From the human T2T-CHM13v2.0 reference genome, Homo sapiens, in NCBI RefSeq assembly GCF_009914755.1, contig NC_060927.1: a DNA stretch of 64,000 bases; one strand, written 5' to 3'. Positions 13,500-33,811 of this stretch are shown here, piece by piece. The first letter of the stretch is position 1; each line of letters begins with the position of its first letter. Both the position numbers and the translations under genes were made by a program. A model generated the notes under the pieces. The model had not been told where the DNA came from. It worked only from the letters and a program-made list of their open reading frames with translations, and ran no database searches.

Positions 13500-13660
13500 A
13501 AATATATGTGAATATATTTATATATATATGTAAACATATATACTGTGTATATATATTTTTTGATGGTGATAAAATATTAATTTATTAACTCGATTCCTGC
13601 TGTGTGTGTGTGTGTGTATATATATATAATGTAAATTTATATAAGAAATACATATGTATT
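13500..13660. repeat. TA-rich low complexity including (TG)n(TA)n at about 13601-13628
   Basis: Direct reading. Confidence 0.85.
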
Positions 13661-13715
13661 TTTTTTCTTTCTTTCTTACTGTCTGTCAGGGTGCTGTAAG
13701 GAAACACCCTTAAGA

Positions 13716-20830
<7,115 letters not shown>

Positions 20831-20839
20831 AAGATTCTT

Positions 20840-23800
20840 TTTGATTGTCTATTTTTTTTATTTTTATTTTTTGTTATCTGTGCTTTTGAAACTTTAGCCA
20901 TAAGTTCCTTCTCTGGATCAATGTCCTAAAGCATTTCCCCTATGTTTATTTTTGATTTTCTTATTGTTGTGGGTGTTATGCTTAAGTCTTTAATCCAGTT
21001 TTAGTTTACCTTTATATATGGTGAGAGATAGAGTGTCTAGTTTCATTCTTTTACATATAGATACCTGGTTTACACATCACTTATTGAAAAGGGTATTCTT
21101 TCCCCACCGTATGTTTTTGTCAAGATCAGTTCACTGAAAATCTGTGGCTTTATTTCTGGGTTCCCATTTCTGTTCCACTAATTTATGTATCTGTTGTTAC
21201 ACCAATACCATCTTTTTTGGTTACTATAGCTTTGCAGCATATTTTGAAGTTAGGTAGTGTGATGCCTCTAACTTTGTTCTCTTTGCTTAGGATGGTTTTG
21301 CCTATTTGGGGTCTTTTGTGGTTGAAAACAAATTTTATGATATTTTCCCCTATATTTGTGAAGAAGGTCATTGGTATATTGACCAGGATTGCACTAAATG
21401 TTTAGATTGAGTAGTATGGTCATTTTAACAATATTAATTATTTGATCCATGAGCATAAGATGTTATATGTTTTTTCCGTTTTTTTGTATGTTCTCTTAAA
21501 CTTGTTTCATCAGTGTTTTGTGATTTTCATTGTACAATTTTTCACATTTTTGGTTAGATTTATTTTTGCATTTTTTGGAGTTATGGCAAATGGGATTGCT
21601 TTCTTGATTTATTTTTCAGCTAGTTCATTATTCATTTACAAAAATACTACTTATTTTTAATGTTAATTTTGTATTCTGTAGCTTTATTAAGTTCATTTAT
21701 TCATTGTAAGAGATTTGTGGCGGTGTTTATAGGTTTTTCTGTATAAAAGATCCTGTTGTCTGCAAAGAGGGACCATTTGACACCTTTTGTTATATGGATG
21801 CCTTTTATTTCATTCTCTTGCCTGATTTTCATGACTAAGACTTTCAGTACCATAAGAATGATGAAAGTGGGCATCATGGTCTTGTTCCAATTTTTAGAGG
21901 AAAGGCTTTCAACTTTTCTCCATTTAGTATGATGTTAGTTGTGGGTTTGTCATATATGGTCTGTACTATTTTGAGGTATGTTACCTCTATGTTGAGTTTG
22001 TTGAGAGTTTTTATCACAATGTTTTATCAGATGTTTTCTCTGTGCCTATTGAAATAATTATATGGTTTTTGTCATTCATTCTGTTGATGTGCTGTATCAG
22101 ATTTATTGGTTTGTTTAAGTTGAACCATTCTTTCATCCCTGGGTAAATCCTAATTTATCATAGTGGGATTACACTTTTTTAGGTGTTATTGAATATGGTT
22201 TGCTAGTAGTTTGCTGAGAATTTTTGCATTTATATTTACCAGGGATATTGGCCTATAGTTTTCTTTTTTACTTTTATGTCCTTTGCTGATTTTGATATCA
22301 GGTCAATGTTGACCTCATAGAATGAGTTAGAAAGAATTCCATCATCTTCAGTTTTTTGGAATAGTCTGAGAAAAAAATTGCTCTCAGTTCTTCTTCCTTT
22401 TATGTTTGGTATAATTCAACAGTGAAGCGTCTGTTCCTGGGCTTTTCTTTGTTGGGAAACTTGACTACTGACTCAATCTCGTTATCCATTACTGGTTGGT
22501 CCAGATTTTCTATTTCGTCTTGATTCAACCTTGTGGTTGGAGTACTCGGAATTGTATCCATTTCTCCTTGGTTTTCCAAATAGTTATAGTTCATAATAGT
22601 ATCTCTAATGACTCTTGTATTAATTATAATGTCTGCCTTTTATTTATGATTTTATTTATTTGGGTTTTCTCTCTTTTTTTCATGGTTAGTATAGCTACTG
22701 GTGTATTGAGTTTGTTTATCTTCTCAAAAAATCAACTTTTTATTTTGTTCATGCTTTGTTCAGACATTTGTAATTGTTTTTTAAGTCTCTATTACATTTA
22801 TTTTTGGTTTGATCTTTATTATTTCTTTTCTTTTACTAATTTGGGGTTTGGTTTGTTCTTGCTTTTCTAATTTTTTGAGTTGCATCATTAAGTTATTAAT
22901 ATTTTTCTTCTTTTTGAGGTAGATGGTTATTGCTATAAACTTTTCTCTTAGCACTGCTTTTAATATATGTATAACATGTTATATTTTGATGTTACATTTC
23001 CATTTTCATCTTTCACAGAATTTTTTATTTTATTTTCTTAATTTCTTCACTGACCAACTAATCATTCAGGAGTATGTTGTTTAATTTTCATATATTTTTA
23101 TAGTTTCCAGAGTCCCCCGTTTTAGTGATTGCTAGTTTTACTCCATGTGATATGAGACAATAATTAATGTGATTTCAGTTTTTAAAACTTTTTGAGACTT
23201 GTGTTGTGACCTAACATATGTTCTATGCTGGGTAATTTTCCATATGCTAAAGATAAGGGTATATAATCTGTAGCCATTCAATAAAATGTTCTGTCAATAT
23301 CTATAAGATCCATTTAATCTATAATGCATATTAAGTCCAATGTTTCTTTGTTGATTTTTTTTGTTTATATCATCTGTCCATTGCTGAAAGTGGGACGTTG
23401 AAGTTTCCAATTATTATTGTATTGAGGGGTCTGTCTCTCTGTTTTTAGCTCTAGTAATATTTGCTTTAAATATTCGGGTGTTCAGGTGTTAAAGGCATAT
23501 ATATTTACAATACTTATATTGTCTTGCATAATTGATCTCTTTATCATTATATAATAATCTTTGTCTCTTTTTATATAAAGTCTATTTCATCTCATATATA
23601 TATGTATATATAGCTACTCATGCATGCTTTTTGTTTCCATTTGTGTGGAATATTTTTTAATCTTTTAACTTCAGTCTATCTGTGCCTTGACAAGTGAGGT
23701 GAGTTTCTTTTAGGCAGCTTATAGTTGGGTTATTTAAAAAAAAGTTTTTCAGCCAGTCTTTATCTTTTAATTAGAGAATTTAAACCACCTACTTTAAAGT

Positions 23801-25770
23801 TGTTAATGATAAGTGAAGACTTACACTTGTCATTTGTTAATTGTTTTCTGATTGTATTGCATATCCTTTGTTCATTTCTTCCACTTTTATTATTTCCCTT
23901 TATTATATGGTAATTTTCTTTTCATAGTGCTAACATTTGACTCCTTTCTCTTTCTCATTTGTGTATCTGCACTGTCAGTGGATTTCATGTTTCTTGATAA
24001 TAGATATCGTCCTTTTACTTCCATGTTTATGGCTTCTTAAGCATTTCTTGTAAGTCTGATCCAGTAGCGATGAATTCCCTCAGTTTTGCTTTTATGGAAA
24101 ACACTGTATTTCTTTTTCATTTTAAAAGATAGATTTTCTGAGTATGGTATTATTGAATGATAGTTTTTTTCTCTTTCAGCACTTTGAATGTATTATCACA
24201 TTGTCTCCTGGTACCTAAGGTTTCTGCTGAATAATCTGCTTTAAGTTTGATGGAGATTCCTTTATATGTGAGCTGATATTTTCCTGTTGCTGTTGTTAGA
24301 ATTCTCTCTTTGTCTATGATTTTTGACAGTTTGACTATAATATGTCTTGGAGAAGACCCTTTTGGGTGGAATCTATTTGGGAATCTTTGGGGTTCCTGTA
24401 CCTAGATGTCTATATTTTTTCAACCTTTCAGAAGTTTTAAGCTATTATTTCATTATGTAGATTTTCTCTGCCTTTGCCCAATCATATCTTTTCCTTCTGG
24501 TACTTTCAAAATTTGAATATTAGCTTGCCTAATGATGTCCCATATGTTACATATGTCTTCTTCATTTAAAAAAAGTGTATATTTATTCATTTTTTTGGTC
24601 TGTCTTGGTTATTTCAAAAGACCTGTATTGATGTTCAAAAATTATTTATTCTGCTTGATCTACTCTATTGTTTAAGCTCTCAATTTTATTTTCTATTTCA
24701 TTTGCTACATTGTTTAATTTCAGGATTTCTGGCTTTAAAATAAAATCTATCTCTTTGTTTAATTTCTCATCAGGATCATGAATTCTCTTCTTAATATTTG
24801 TGTTGTTTTTCTGTGTTCTTTTCCATCTGAATGAGTTTCTTTAATATCATTACTTTGTTAATAACAAGTTAAGTTCTTGTTAAGGTTTTTCATAGATTTC
24901 CTTTCTTTGTTACTTATTATCGAAGAATTATTGTGGGGTTTTTTTGAGGTGTTGTGTTCGCTTGCATTTTCATGTTTTTATGTCACATTGATATGTGCAC
25001 ATTTGGTGTTAATAGTAACTTCTTCCAATTTTATGGATTGGCTTTTGTAGGAAACAACTTTTCAGTAGATGTATCTATTATGCTGTTTGAGTTAGATACT
25101 TTGACTCTGATTCTGGGTGGATGTAGTAGTGTAATCTCTATGTAACTTCCTCAGCTGTAATCAGTGTCAGTGATGTCCATGAGTGCTTCAGTAGCTTAGG
25201 CTGTGATAGTGGAGGTTGGGATAAGGCTTTGCTCGTCTAACTGTCCCTTGCGCATGAGTGGTGGCTATGACAGGCTAGGCATGTCAGTTGTTTGGAACCT
25301 GAGTGATGTATGCAGGCATTGGTAGTGGCAGGTCCTGGCAGGCCAGTCATTAATCCTCTAGGAAGCATGCTCAGGTACCTACAGTGACAGAAGCAGGCAG
25401 GTCCTTGGGCCTCTGAGCAGGACTCATGACATTGTCAGTGGCAGTAGTAGTAGCAGATCAACCCTTGTTGGTACTTCCAGATATCAGCAGTCAAGGCAGC
25501 TAGCTGAGCTGTCTAGTCCCTGGTTTCCTTGAGATGTGCACAGGTAAACATTGGCATTGGCAACAGCATGTGAGGTAGGCCAGTCCCTAAGCATCTGTGA
25601 GGCATGTGTAGGCCCTGGCAGCTGGGGTTTGGTCCCATCATTAGGCCTTTAGATGGTGGGCATGTGCACTAGTGGTAGTAGGCAGTGTGGACCAATCCTC
25701 GGCTCCCAGATAATGCACATGGGTGCTAGCAGCAGTGGCAGCAGTGGGCTGGGTGGGCCTCTCTTTTTTG
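20840..25770 (-). mobile_element. Older L1M (L1MA-type) element: ORF2, ORF1 and a repeat-containing 5'UTR, with the 3' end missing
   Basis: ORF2 remnants (ILSKENKVRGITLPNFK; LNQDEIENL). ORF1 antisense phrases at about 24000-24900, then a GC-richer 5'UTR. Confidence 0.85.
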
Positions 25771-26454
25771 CTTGCTTTCTTGGTTTGTGTTCTTTCTCTG
25801 TAAATGCACTGGGTTAACAAACTTCACTTTTGGACTTGCAAAAATTTCTTTCTACTTTGTTTTGAAATGTAATGTGCTTCTGTAAGATTTGCAATAACAC
25901 ATATAAAGTGCTATTAAGTTTTTCAGTTTATTTGTAGATGGAGTCTTCAGGGCAGTGAATAGTTTTCTAATGCCAGGTCTGAAAACAGCAGGGTATAATT
26001 AGAATATTATGTGGATAAATATTCCTAAAGTTATTTCTAGATGATAAATCTCTAAAAGCCCTACATGGATCTTGTAACTGTCATCCAAAGTGTTGCCTAA
26101 TATCTCTTGGAATGTTTAAATGATCTATTTTCAAAAGAGCACTAAGTAGATAGAAATGTTCATTATATACTATTAGCTCACCTAAGGCAAAAGAATATCA
26201 AAGGAATCCAACAGGGCAGCTTTGAGTGTCTTTGTGCACGCACCCAAAATTGAATATTAAATACTGATGATGATTAAAAGAACCATCCTAAGAATTATTC
26301 ATGATCAACTCAGCCCACTCCATACAACAGACGTACAAGCTAGGTGGTAACAGAGGTACTCAGAAGTCTATTATGTGTGCTATATTTAATTACCAATTCC
26401 AGGGATTCATCAGATACAACACTGAATCTCACATTTGGACTTCAAGAGATATCT

Positions 26455-29400
26455 ACCCTAAAGTTATAAAAAAGGCTATAATTAAAATGACTAAAAATAC
26501 TACATTTGGTGAATATGTAAATTAGAGAATGTTTATATATTGCTAGTGGGAGCATAAATATGTAAAAATATTCTGAAAAAAATGTTTGGCCATTTCTACT
26601 GAAGCTAAATATATAAGAATTATTTGACCCAAGAATTCTACTCTTGGGCATGCAACCAAGAGAAATTGAAAGCTACATACGACAAAAAAGTACAAGAATA
26701 TTAGTAGATATAATAGATGCTTCAATCATAGTAAGTAAAGGCAGGAAAATACTCTAATTCCCATCAGCAGTAGAATGTGTAAATAAATAGTAACATACTG
26801 ATATAATAGAATACTACAGAGCAATGAGAAAGAATGAACCCTCTTACACTCTGTAGCTTGAATTACTTTCACAGACACCACATTAAGTGAAATAACTCAA
26901 CATATAATAGTGTATTTTATGTGATTCTATTTATATCAAGTTCAACAATAGGCAAAAATAATCTCCAGTAATAAAATTCAGAATCACAATTATTATCCTT
27001 ATAGTAAGGAGATGCAATGAAGCATTTGTGGATACTGGAAATTATATACATGTTGAGTTGGATGGTGTATTAGTCCATTCTCACACTCTTATAAAGAAAT
27101 ACTTGAGACTGGGTAATTTATAAAGGAAAGAGGTTTAATTGACTCCCAATTTCACATGGCTGGGAGGTATCAGGGAACTTACAATCAGGGCAGAAGGCAC
27201 CTCTTCACAGGGTGGCAGGAGAGAAAATGAGAGCTGAGCAAAGGGTGAAAGTCCCTTATAAAACCATCAGATCTCGTAGGAACTCACTCTCATGAGAACA
27301 GGATGGGTGTAACTGCCCCCATGATTCAATTACCTCCTACCGGGTCCCTCCCATGATAAGTAGGATAATGGGAACTACAAATCAAGATGAGATTTGGATG
27401 GTGACACAGCCAAACCATATTATTCCCCTGGCCCCTCCCAAATCTCATGTCCTCACATTTCAAAACACAATCGTGCCTTTCCAACAGTCCCCCCAAGTCT
27501 TAGCTCATTACAGCATTAACCCAAAACTCTAAGTCCAAAGTCTCATTTGAGATGAGGTGAGTTCTGTCCTCCTATGAGCCTGTAAAATTGAAAGCAAGTT
27601 AGTTACTTCATAGATACAATAGGGGTACAGGTATTGGGTAAATACACCCATTCTGAATGGTAGAAATTGGCCAAGCAAAGGGCTACAGGTGCCACAAAAG
27701 TCTGAAATCCAATTGGAGCAGTCATTAAACCTTAAAATTCCAAAATGATCTCCTTTGACTCCATGTCTCACATCCAGGTCACACTGAGGCAAGAAGTGGG
27801 CTTCCACAGCCTTGGGCAGCTCCACCCCTGTGGCTTTGCAGGGTACAGCACCCCCCCACCCCTATCCTGACTGCTTTCATAGGCTAGCATTGAGTGCTTG
27901 TGGATTTTCCAGGTGCATGATGCAAGCTGTCAGTGGATCTAACATTCTGGGGTCTGGAAGACAGTGGCCCTCTTCTCACAGCTCCACTAGGCAGTGCCCC
28001 AGTGGGAACTCTGTGTGGGAGCTCCAACCTCACATTTCCCTTCTGTACTGCCCTATCAGAGGTTCTCCATGAGGGCTCCGCCCCTGCAGCAAACTTCTTA
28101 CTGGATATCCAGGCATTTCCATACATCCTCTGAAATCTAGGCGGAGGTTCCCAAACCTCATTTCTTGACTTCAAGAACTGAGAACCCAAAGGCTCAACAC
28201 CACATGGAAACTTCCAAGGCTTGAGGCTTCTGCCCTTTGAAGCAATGGCCTAAGCTGTACCTTTTAGCTCCTTCAAGCATGGCTGGAGCTGAAGCAGCTG
28301 GGACTCAGGGCACCATGTCCTGAGGCTACATAGAGCAGGGTGTTCTGGGCCCGCCCCATGAAACCATTTTTTTTCCTCCTAGGCCTCCAGGTCTGTGATG
28401 GGAGGGGCTGCTATGAAGGTCTCTGACATGCCCTGGAGACATTTTTCTGATTTTCTTGGTGATTAACATCTGTCTTCTTACTATGCAAATTTCTGCAGCA
28501 GGCTTGAATTTCTCCCCAGAAAATACATTTTTTGTTGTTGTTGTTGTTGTTTTGTTTTTTGTTTTTTTTCTGTCACAGTCAGGCTGCAAATTTTCCAAAC
28601 TTTTATGCTTTGCTTCCTCTTGTATGCTTTTTCCACTTAGAAATTTCTTCCACCAGATACCCTAAATCATCTCTCTCAAGGTCAAAGTTCCACAGATCTC
28701 TAGGGCAGAGGCAAAATGTTGCCAGTCTGTTTGCTAAAGCATAGCAGTAGTGACCATTACTCCAGTTCCTGACAAGTTCCTCATCTCCATTTGAGACCAG
28801 CTCAGCCTAGTCTTCATTGTCCATATCACTAACAGCATTTTGTTCAAAGTCATTTAACAAGTCTCTAGGAAGTTCCAAATTTTCCCACATCTTCCTGTTT
28901 TCTGAGCCCTCCAAGTCTCTAGGAAGTTCCTAACTTTCCCACCTTTTCCTGTCTTCTTCTCAGCCCTCTAAACTGTTCCAGCCACTGCCTGTTACTCATT
29001 TCCAAAGTCATTTCCACATTTTTGGGTATCCTTATAGCAGCACCCCACTCCTAGTACCAATTTACTGTATTTGTCCATTCTCATGCTGCTATGAAGAAAT
29101 ACCTAAGATTGAGTAATTTATAAAGGAAAGAGGTTTAATTGACTCACAGTTCTGCACAGATAGGGAGGCCTCAGGAAACTTCTAATCATGGCAGAAGTCA
29201 CCTCTTCACAGTGCGACAGGAGAAAGAATGAGTGCCAGCAGGGGAAATGCCAGACACATGAAACTATCAGATCTAGTGAGAACTTACTCAATGTTATGAA
29301 AACGGCATGGGGGTAACAGCCCCCATGATTAAATTACCTCCCACTTGGTACCTCCCATGACATGTGGGGATTATGGGAACTACAATTCAAAATAAGTTTT

Positions 29401-29530
29401 GTGTGGGGACACAGCCAAACCATATCAGATGGCATTCATATAAATGGCATTCTATGAAAAAGACAATCTATACAGACTTAATATTGTGTATTTTGCTATG
29501 TGTAAACTTTATCTCACCAAATTATTTAAA
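26455..29530 (+). mobile_element. Ancient L1ME-type 3' end, split by the THE1 element
   Basis: Sense 3' phrases (tatattgctagtgggagc; gacccaagaattctactcttgggcat; atgtgattctatttatatcaagttcaa) that continue after 29432. Confidence 0.7.
27066..29427 (-). mobile_element. Complete THE1 (THE1C/D-like) MaLR element: LTR 27066-27422, internal 27423-29065, LTR 29066-29427
   Basis: Two homologous ~360-bp LTRs (tgtatt…cagccaaaccatat) flank a ~1.64-kb THE1-int. Perfect 5-bp TSD GATGG at 27061-27065 and 29428-29432. Confidence 0.95.
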
Positions 29531-30315
29531 ACAATAATGTATCCCTACACTTTATCCCTACTCCATGAAGGCAGGAAGGAGCTCTGTGGTCCAAAACAGG
29601 TTGATGTGGTTGTAGACTTGGAATGGTCAGTCTGTGACCTAGGAATATGGAATCTAATGGAACCAAGTAAAGGTGAATTAGGAGGAGCCAGAAAGTAAGA
29701 AACAGAGTAGAGATAAAATACAAATGGGACATGGGACAACAGGAACCAGGTTCCAAGCTAAGAGCAGGCAATAAAGAGGAAACAGAAGGAAGAAGTTTCC
29801 AGAGGTTTATCCTGGACATGGGAAGAGGGGAGTGCTTATAGAGCATATGAGGACAGGAAAGGATGTACCAATAACTCTGAGTCAAGATAAACACAGATCT
29901 CCTTCTCATCCCCTCTCTCGGTTAGAGAGGAGTTCTGATTTTCTTTACTTCTATTCTGTAGGGTTTCTGAAATTTAGAGTAAGAAGTATTTCCCACATAC
30001 TTTCTCAGGGAATACCACTAGATAAATATGTGTTGAGTGTCTATAATTTGCAAGGTTAAGTATTCATCACAGCATCATTAAGAATTCAGCATCTCCCTCA
30101 AAGCATTCTCACATTCTGTATCTTAAATGACCCTCATCTGTCACCAAGGATAAAGGGTAGTGTGTAGGTTTGTAAGTTGGCATGCACACAGGTTCCTGAC
30201 CTTTTACTGGAACTATAACTGTGAATCTTAACAGGTCTTGTCTTAACATCAGATTTACATGGATTTGAAGTTCAAATATTAAGCCTCATACAATGTCTTT
30301 CCCATCCCTTATCTC

Positions 30316-30448
30316 TGGGGTGACCATATATGTGAGGTAGCATGATAGAGCCCAGGATTTAAATTGTTATCCAGGTAAATTATTAATGACATCTGTTTTG
30401 TTCTCAAATGTGTTCTGATTTTGGATGATAAAATGTACAGTGACCCTA
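30316..30448. mobile_element. hAT MITE (MER96-like)
   Basis: Ends tggggtgaccatata and gtgacccta. 8-bp TSD CTTATCTC (30308-30315) / CTTATCCC (30449-30456). Confidence 0.75.
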
Positions 30449-31531
30449 CTTATCCCACAGCTCACCCTGCATCTGCTCCTTACATATAGACATATATGAT
30501 TTTACTGATTCTCATGTAATATTGAAGTGTATTCCTTTTTTGTCTACCCCTATCCACGACAATTTCATCTTGGTACTTGTCATGTGTTCAATGAGTATTT
30601 ACTGCATGAATACATGAATCACCAATAAGGAAGCTATTATTTTGATGGTTTGGTTAAGTGGAAAGTGACTATGGATGACTAATATGGGAGAAAATTGCCT
30701 TGACATATTATAACCTCTCTGGGAAGCTGGCTGGAGAGAATAGTAGCTCAAAGGAAGAGAAAAACTAGTGACTGCCATGGGCATCCAGGAGAAGCATTCA
30801 TTAGCTAAATTGATCTTACTGCAGGAAATAAAACATCTCTAGGATATTTCAAGTTTGTACTAGGTAAAATTAATGATCAACCCATCATCATTCATCTATC
30901 TCTTTTCAAAAATAGGTAATTACACCATCAAGTTTAGGTTAAGAAGCTTGTTAAGTAGAGATTATTGGGATGATGGTGTGGAAAAAAGGCAAAACCATCC
31001 ATCACTTAAAGCTATATTAAGAAAGTTAAGCCCTCACCACAAGTATGTGCTTCATCAGCATGACTGCATACTTTTCTTAACATTTTTAGCTTCAAAGATT
31101 CTTCTTTTAATTGAAACCCAATATGTGTTTATTGCTGATACGTGTTAAAATCTTGCTTATACAGTACATAGATCTCTTTCCAAAGCCAATAGTCCTACAT
31201 TGTTTGTTTCCTAATTAGCACAGACACTACATGAAAAATGCAAGAGACATCTGCTAGGTGGAGATGCCTATCAGTTTTAATTGATATTTTTTTGTTGTTC
31301 TGGATAGTCCGGAGGCACTGTTGGTTTGGCTTGTCTTGAAGCTTTTTAAATAAGCACTTTTGTTTTTTGCAGGTGCATTTAACATAATACTACTAATTTG
31401 GAGATATTTTTAATAAATTCTAGATCCACTTGACATAGTGCTTGGTAACTGAGTTGACCAGCAGTGACCATACATTCTTTTTGCCTGGAATGATAGGGTT
31501 TGAAATAAAGCCAAGCAGTGTCATAAGTTTC

Positions 31532-31590
31532 CTGACGTCAGAATTCAACATTGCGTAAGCTGCACAGTATAAAGAACTGATTGCAAAATG
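31532..31590. promoter_or_regulatory. Candidate enhancer motif cluster: full CRE plus two C/EBP-like sites
   Basis: TGACGTCA at 31533-31540, TTGCGTAA at 31551-31558 and ATTGCAAAAT at about 31580, in non-repeat sequence. Motif evidence only. Confidence 0.35.
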
Positions 31591-31779
31591 TGCTACTGAG
31601 TATGAAGCCTTTTAAAAAATTAAATAATATGTAGCAGAAATTGAGGAATAGACTTCAAATAAGCTAGAGAATAATTTTTAAAAATTATGATTCAGTTTTC
31701 CTATGTTCTAGCCACAACCAGACAGTCAACTGTAGCCTGTGTACTGTATTTGTGGTTCCATGTAATATTCTTGCTTTCT

Positions 31780-32329
<550 letters not shown>

Positions 32330-32330
<1 letters not shown>

Positions 32331-32480
32331 TCTTGGGCAAAGCTATGATAAAAATGTTTTCTCATCTATAGAATGGAAATAATAATAGTACCTTACCCAT
32401 ATTTATTTTGTTAAACAAATACCTCACACACAATATTTAGCTGTATATCTAAAATATATTCAGTGTATTAGATAATTAAC
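32330..32480 (+). mobile_element. MIR fragment
   Basis: ttgggcaa…ttttctcatctatagaatggaaataataatagtacct matches the MIR core. Confidence 0.65.
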
Positions 32481-32739
32481 AGTTATGTTTTTGAAATAAA
32501 ATAGTATGCCTTTCCTTTTGGCACTTTCTTGTATCTAGTCTCCCTGAATTTAGCCAGAATTATCCATGGCCTCAGAAAGGATTAGGATTATTATAACAGG
32601 AATGGAAAAACTAAAGACAGTTGATTATTTAATTCAAAGAAATTTTTATTGCAGGGTGGTAAAAGTTTAGTTGCATACAGATCAAGATTAAATATCTAAA
32701 TCAATTCTCTATATGTGACCAATGGCAATTAGAGGGGGA

Positions 32740-32930
32740 AACTGATATATATTGAAAGTCACCCTATTCTAGTCACAACACTATTTTATTTACAAATATC
32801 CTTCTAATTAATCATCACAACAGATTGTAAGTTGGGAATTATTATCTACATTTAATAAATGAGCACACTAGGTGAGAGATTAAGTCAAGTTTAGATAAGG
32901 GATTGATATTTGAAACCTAATTCTCTCAGA
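32740..32930 (-). mobile_element. MIR fragment
   Basis: taatcatcacaaca…attattatctacatttaataaatgagcacact. Confidence 0.6.
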
Positions 32931-33254
32931 ATCTTGTTCCTTAGGGATTCAGTAGACTGAGATAGAAGGAACTAAAGTGTTTGGGGCAGGCAAAAGAACT
33001 GACAGAGTTCACAATGAATAGCACAATATATCTATGGACTGACTCTTCTAGTTTGTGTTCTCTACAATCTTTAAATCAAACTAAAGTAAATTAGACAGGA
33101 CTTTATTAAATTTGGCATAACCACTTTACGTCATTCATGTCAATAATCAGTCATTCAGTGGAAATTGTTTTGTGTCCTTTCTTCAAACTTCTCCCTTTTC
33201 TCATCAAGAAAATTCTCCTGTTTCTCACTCCATTAGTCCAATCATAGCAATCAC

Positions 33255-33450
33255 ATTATAGCTACCATTTGCTTAGTGCCTTTACTGAGCAGCACCCATT
33301 TTTTTAAATGCCAAGCTTGTAGGATAATTATTATCTTCATTTTATAAATGAGTAAACTGAAACTTAGAGACATTAAGTGGTTTATCCAAGGTCAAAATTT
33401 AACAGGGAGAAGCTTCTTTCTGACTTTAAAATCTCTTTTTATTATAACCT
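33255..33450 (-). mobile_element. MIR fragment
   Basis: attattatcttcattttataaatgagtaaactgaaacttagagacattaagtggtttatccaaggtca. Confidence 0.75.
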
Positions 33451-33635
33451 GCTCCAATTCAACCTCTAAGTCTTAGCTCAAATTCTTCCTCCTCTTTGAT
33501 ATCTTCCTTAACTATCCCATGAGAATTTAAGGATTTCTCTTCAGTACTCAAATAGCATATCCTATGGGCTTTTATTCCAAGTATAATTCCAAGTATATTA
33601 TCATCCCCATCTTGGATTCAGAGTTACTTGAGAAT

Positions 33636-33724
33636 CGTGATGGTTAATTTTATGTGTCAACTTGGCTAGGTCATGGTATTCAGATATTTGGTCAAAAATT
33701 ATTCCAGGATGGGCCTCATACAAT

Positions 33725-33771
<47 letters not shown>

Positions 33772-33811
33772 CTTGTTGGTTCTGTTTCTCTGGAAAATTC
33801 TGACATACACA
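33636..33811 (+). mobile_element. Internally deleted MLT2 (ERVL) LTR within an L2 remnant
   Basis: Both MLT2 ends are present (gtgatggttaattttatgtgtcaacttggc; ttggttctgtttctctggaaaattctgac) but the element is only about 175 bp. Possible TSD AGAAT/AGAAC. Confidence 0.75.
33725..33770. repeat. (CG)3(CA)19 microsatellite
   Basis: Direct reading. Confidence 0.97.

Noticed and set aside
25260-25765. CRISPR-like repeat-spacer array
   Set aside because: The units are degenerate along their whole length, lie within an L1 5' region in mammalian DNA, and have no cas genes nearby.
27529-28744. Overlapping ORFs of 66-101 aa
   Set aside because: All lie within THE1-int and are decayed MaLR internal sequence.
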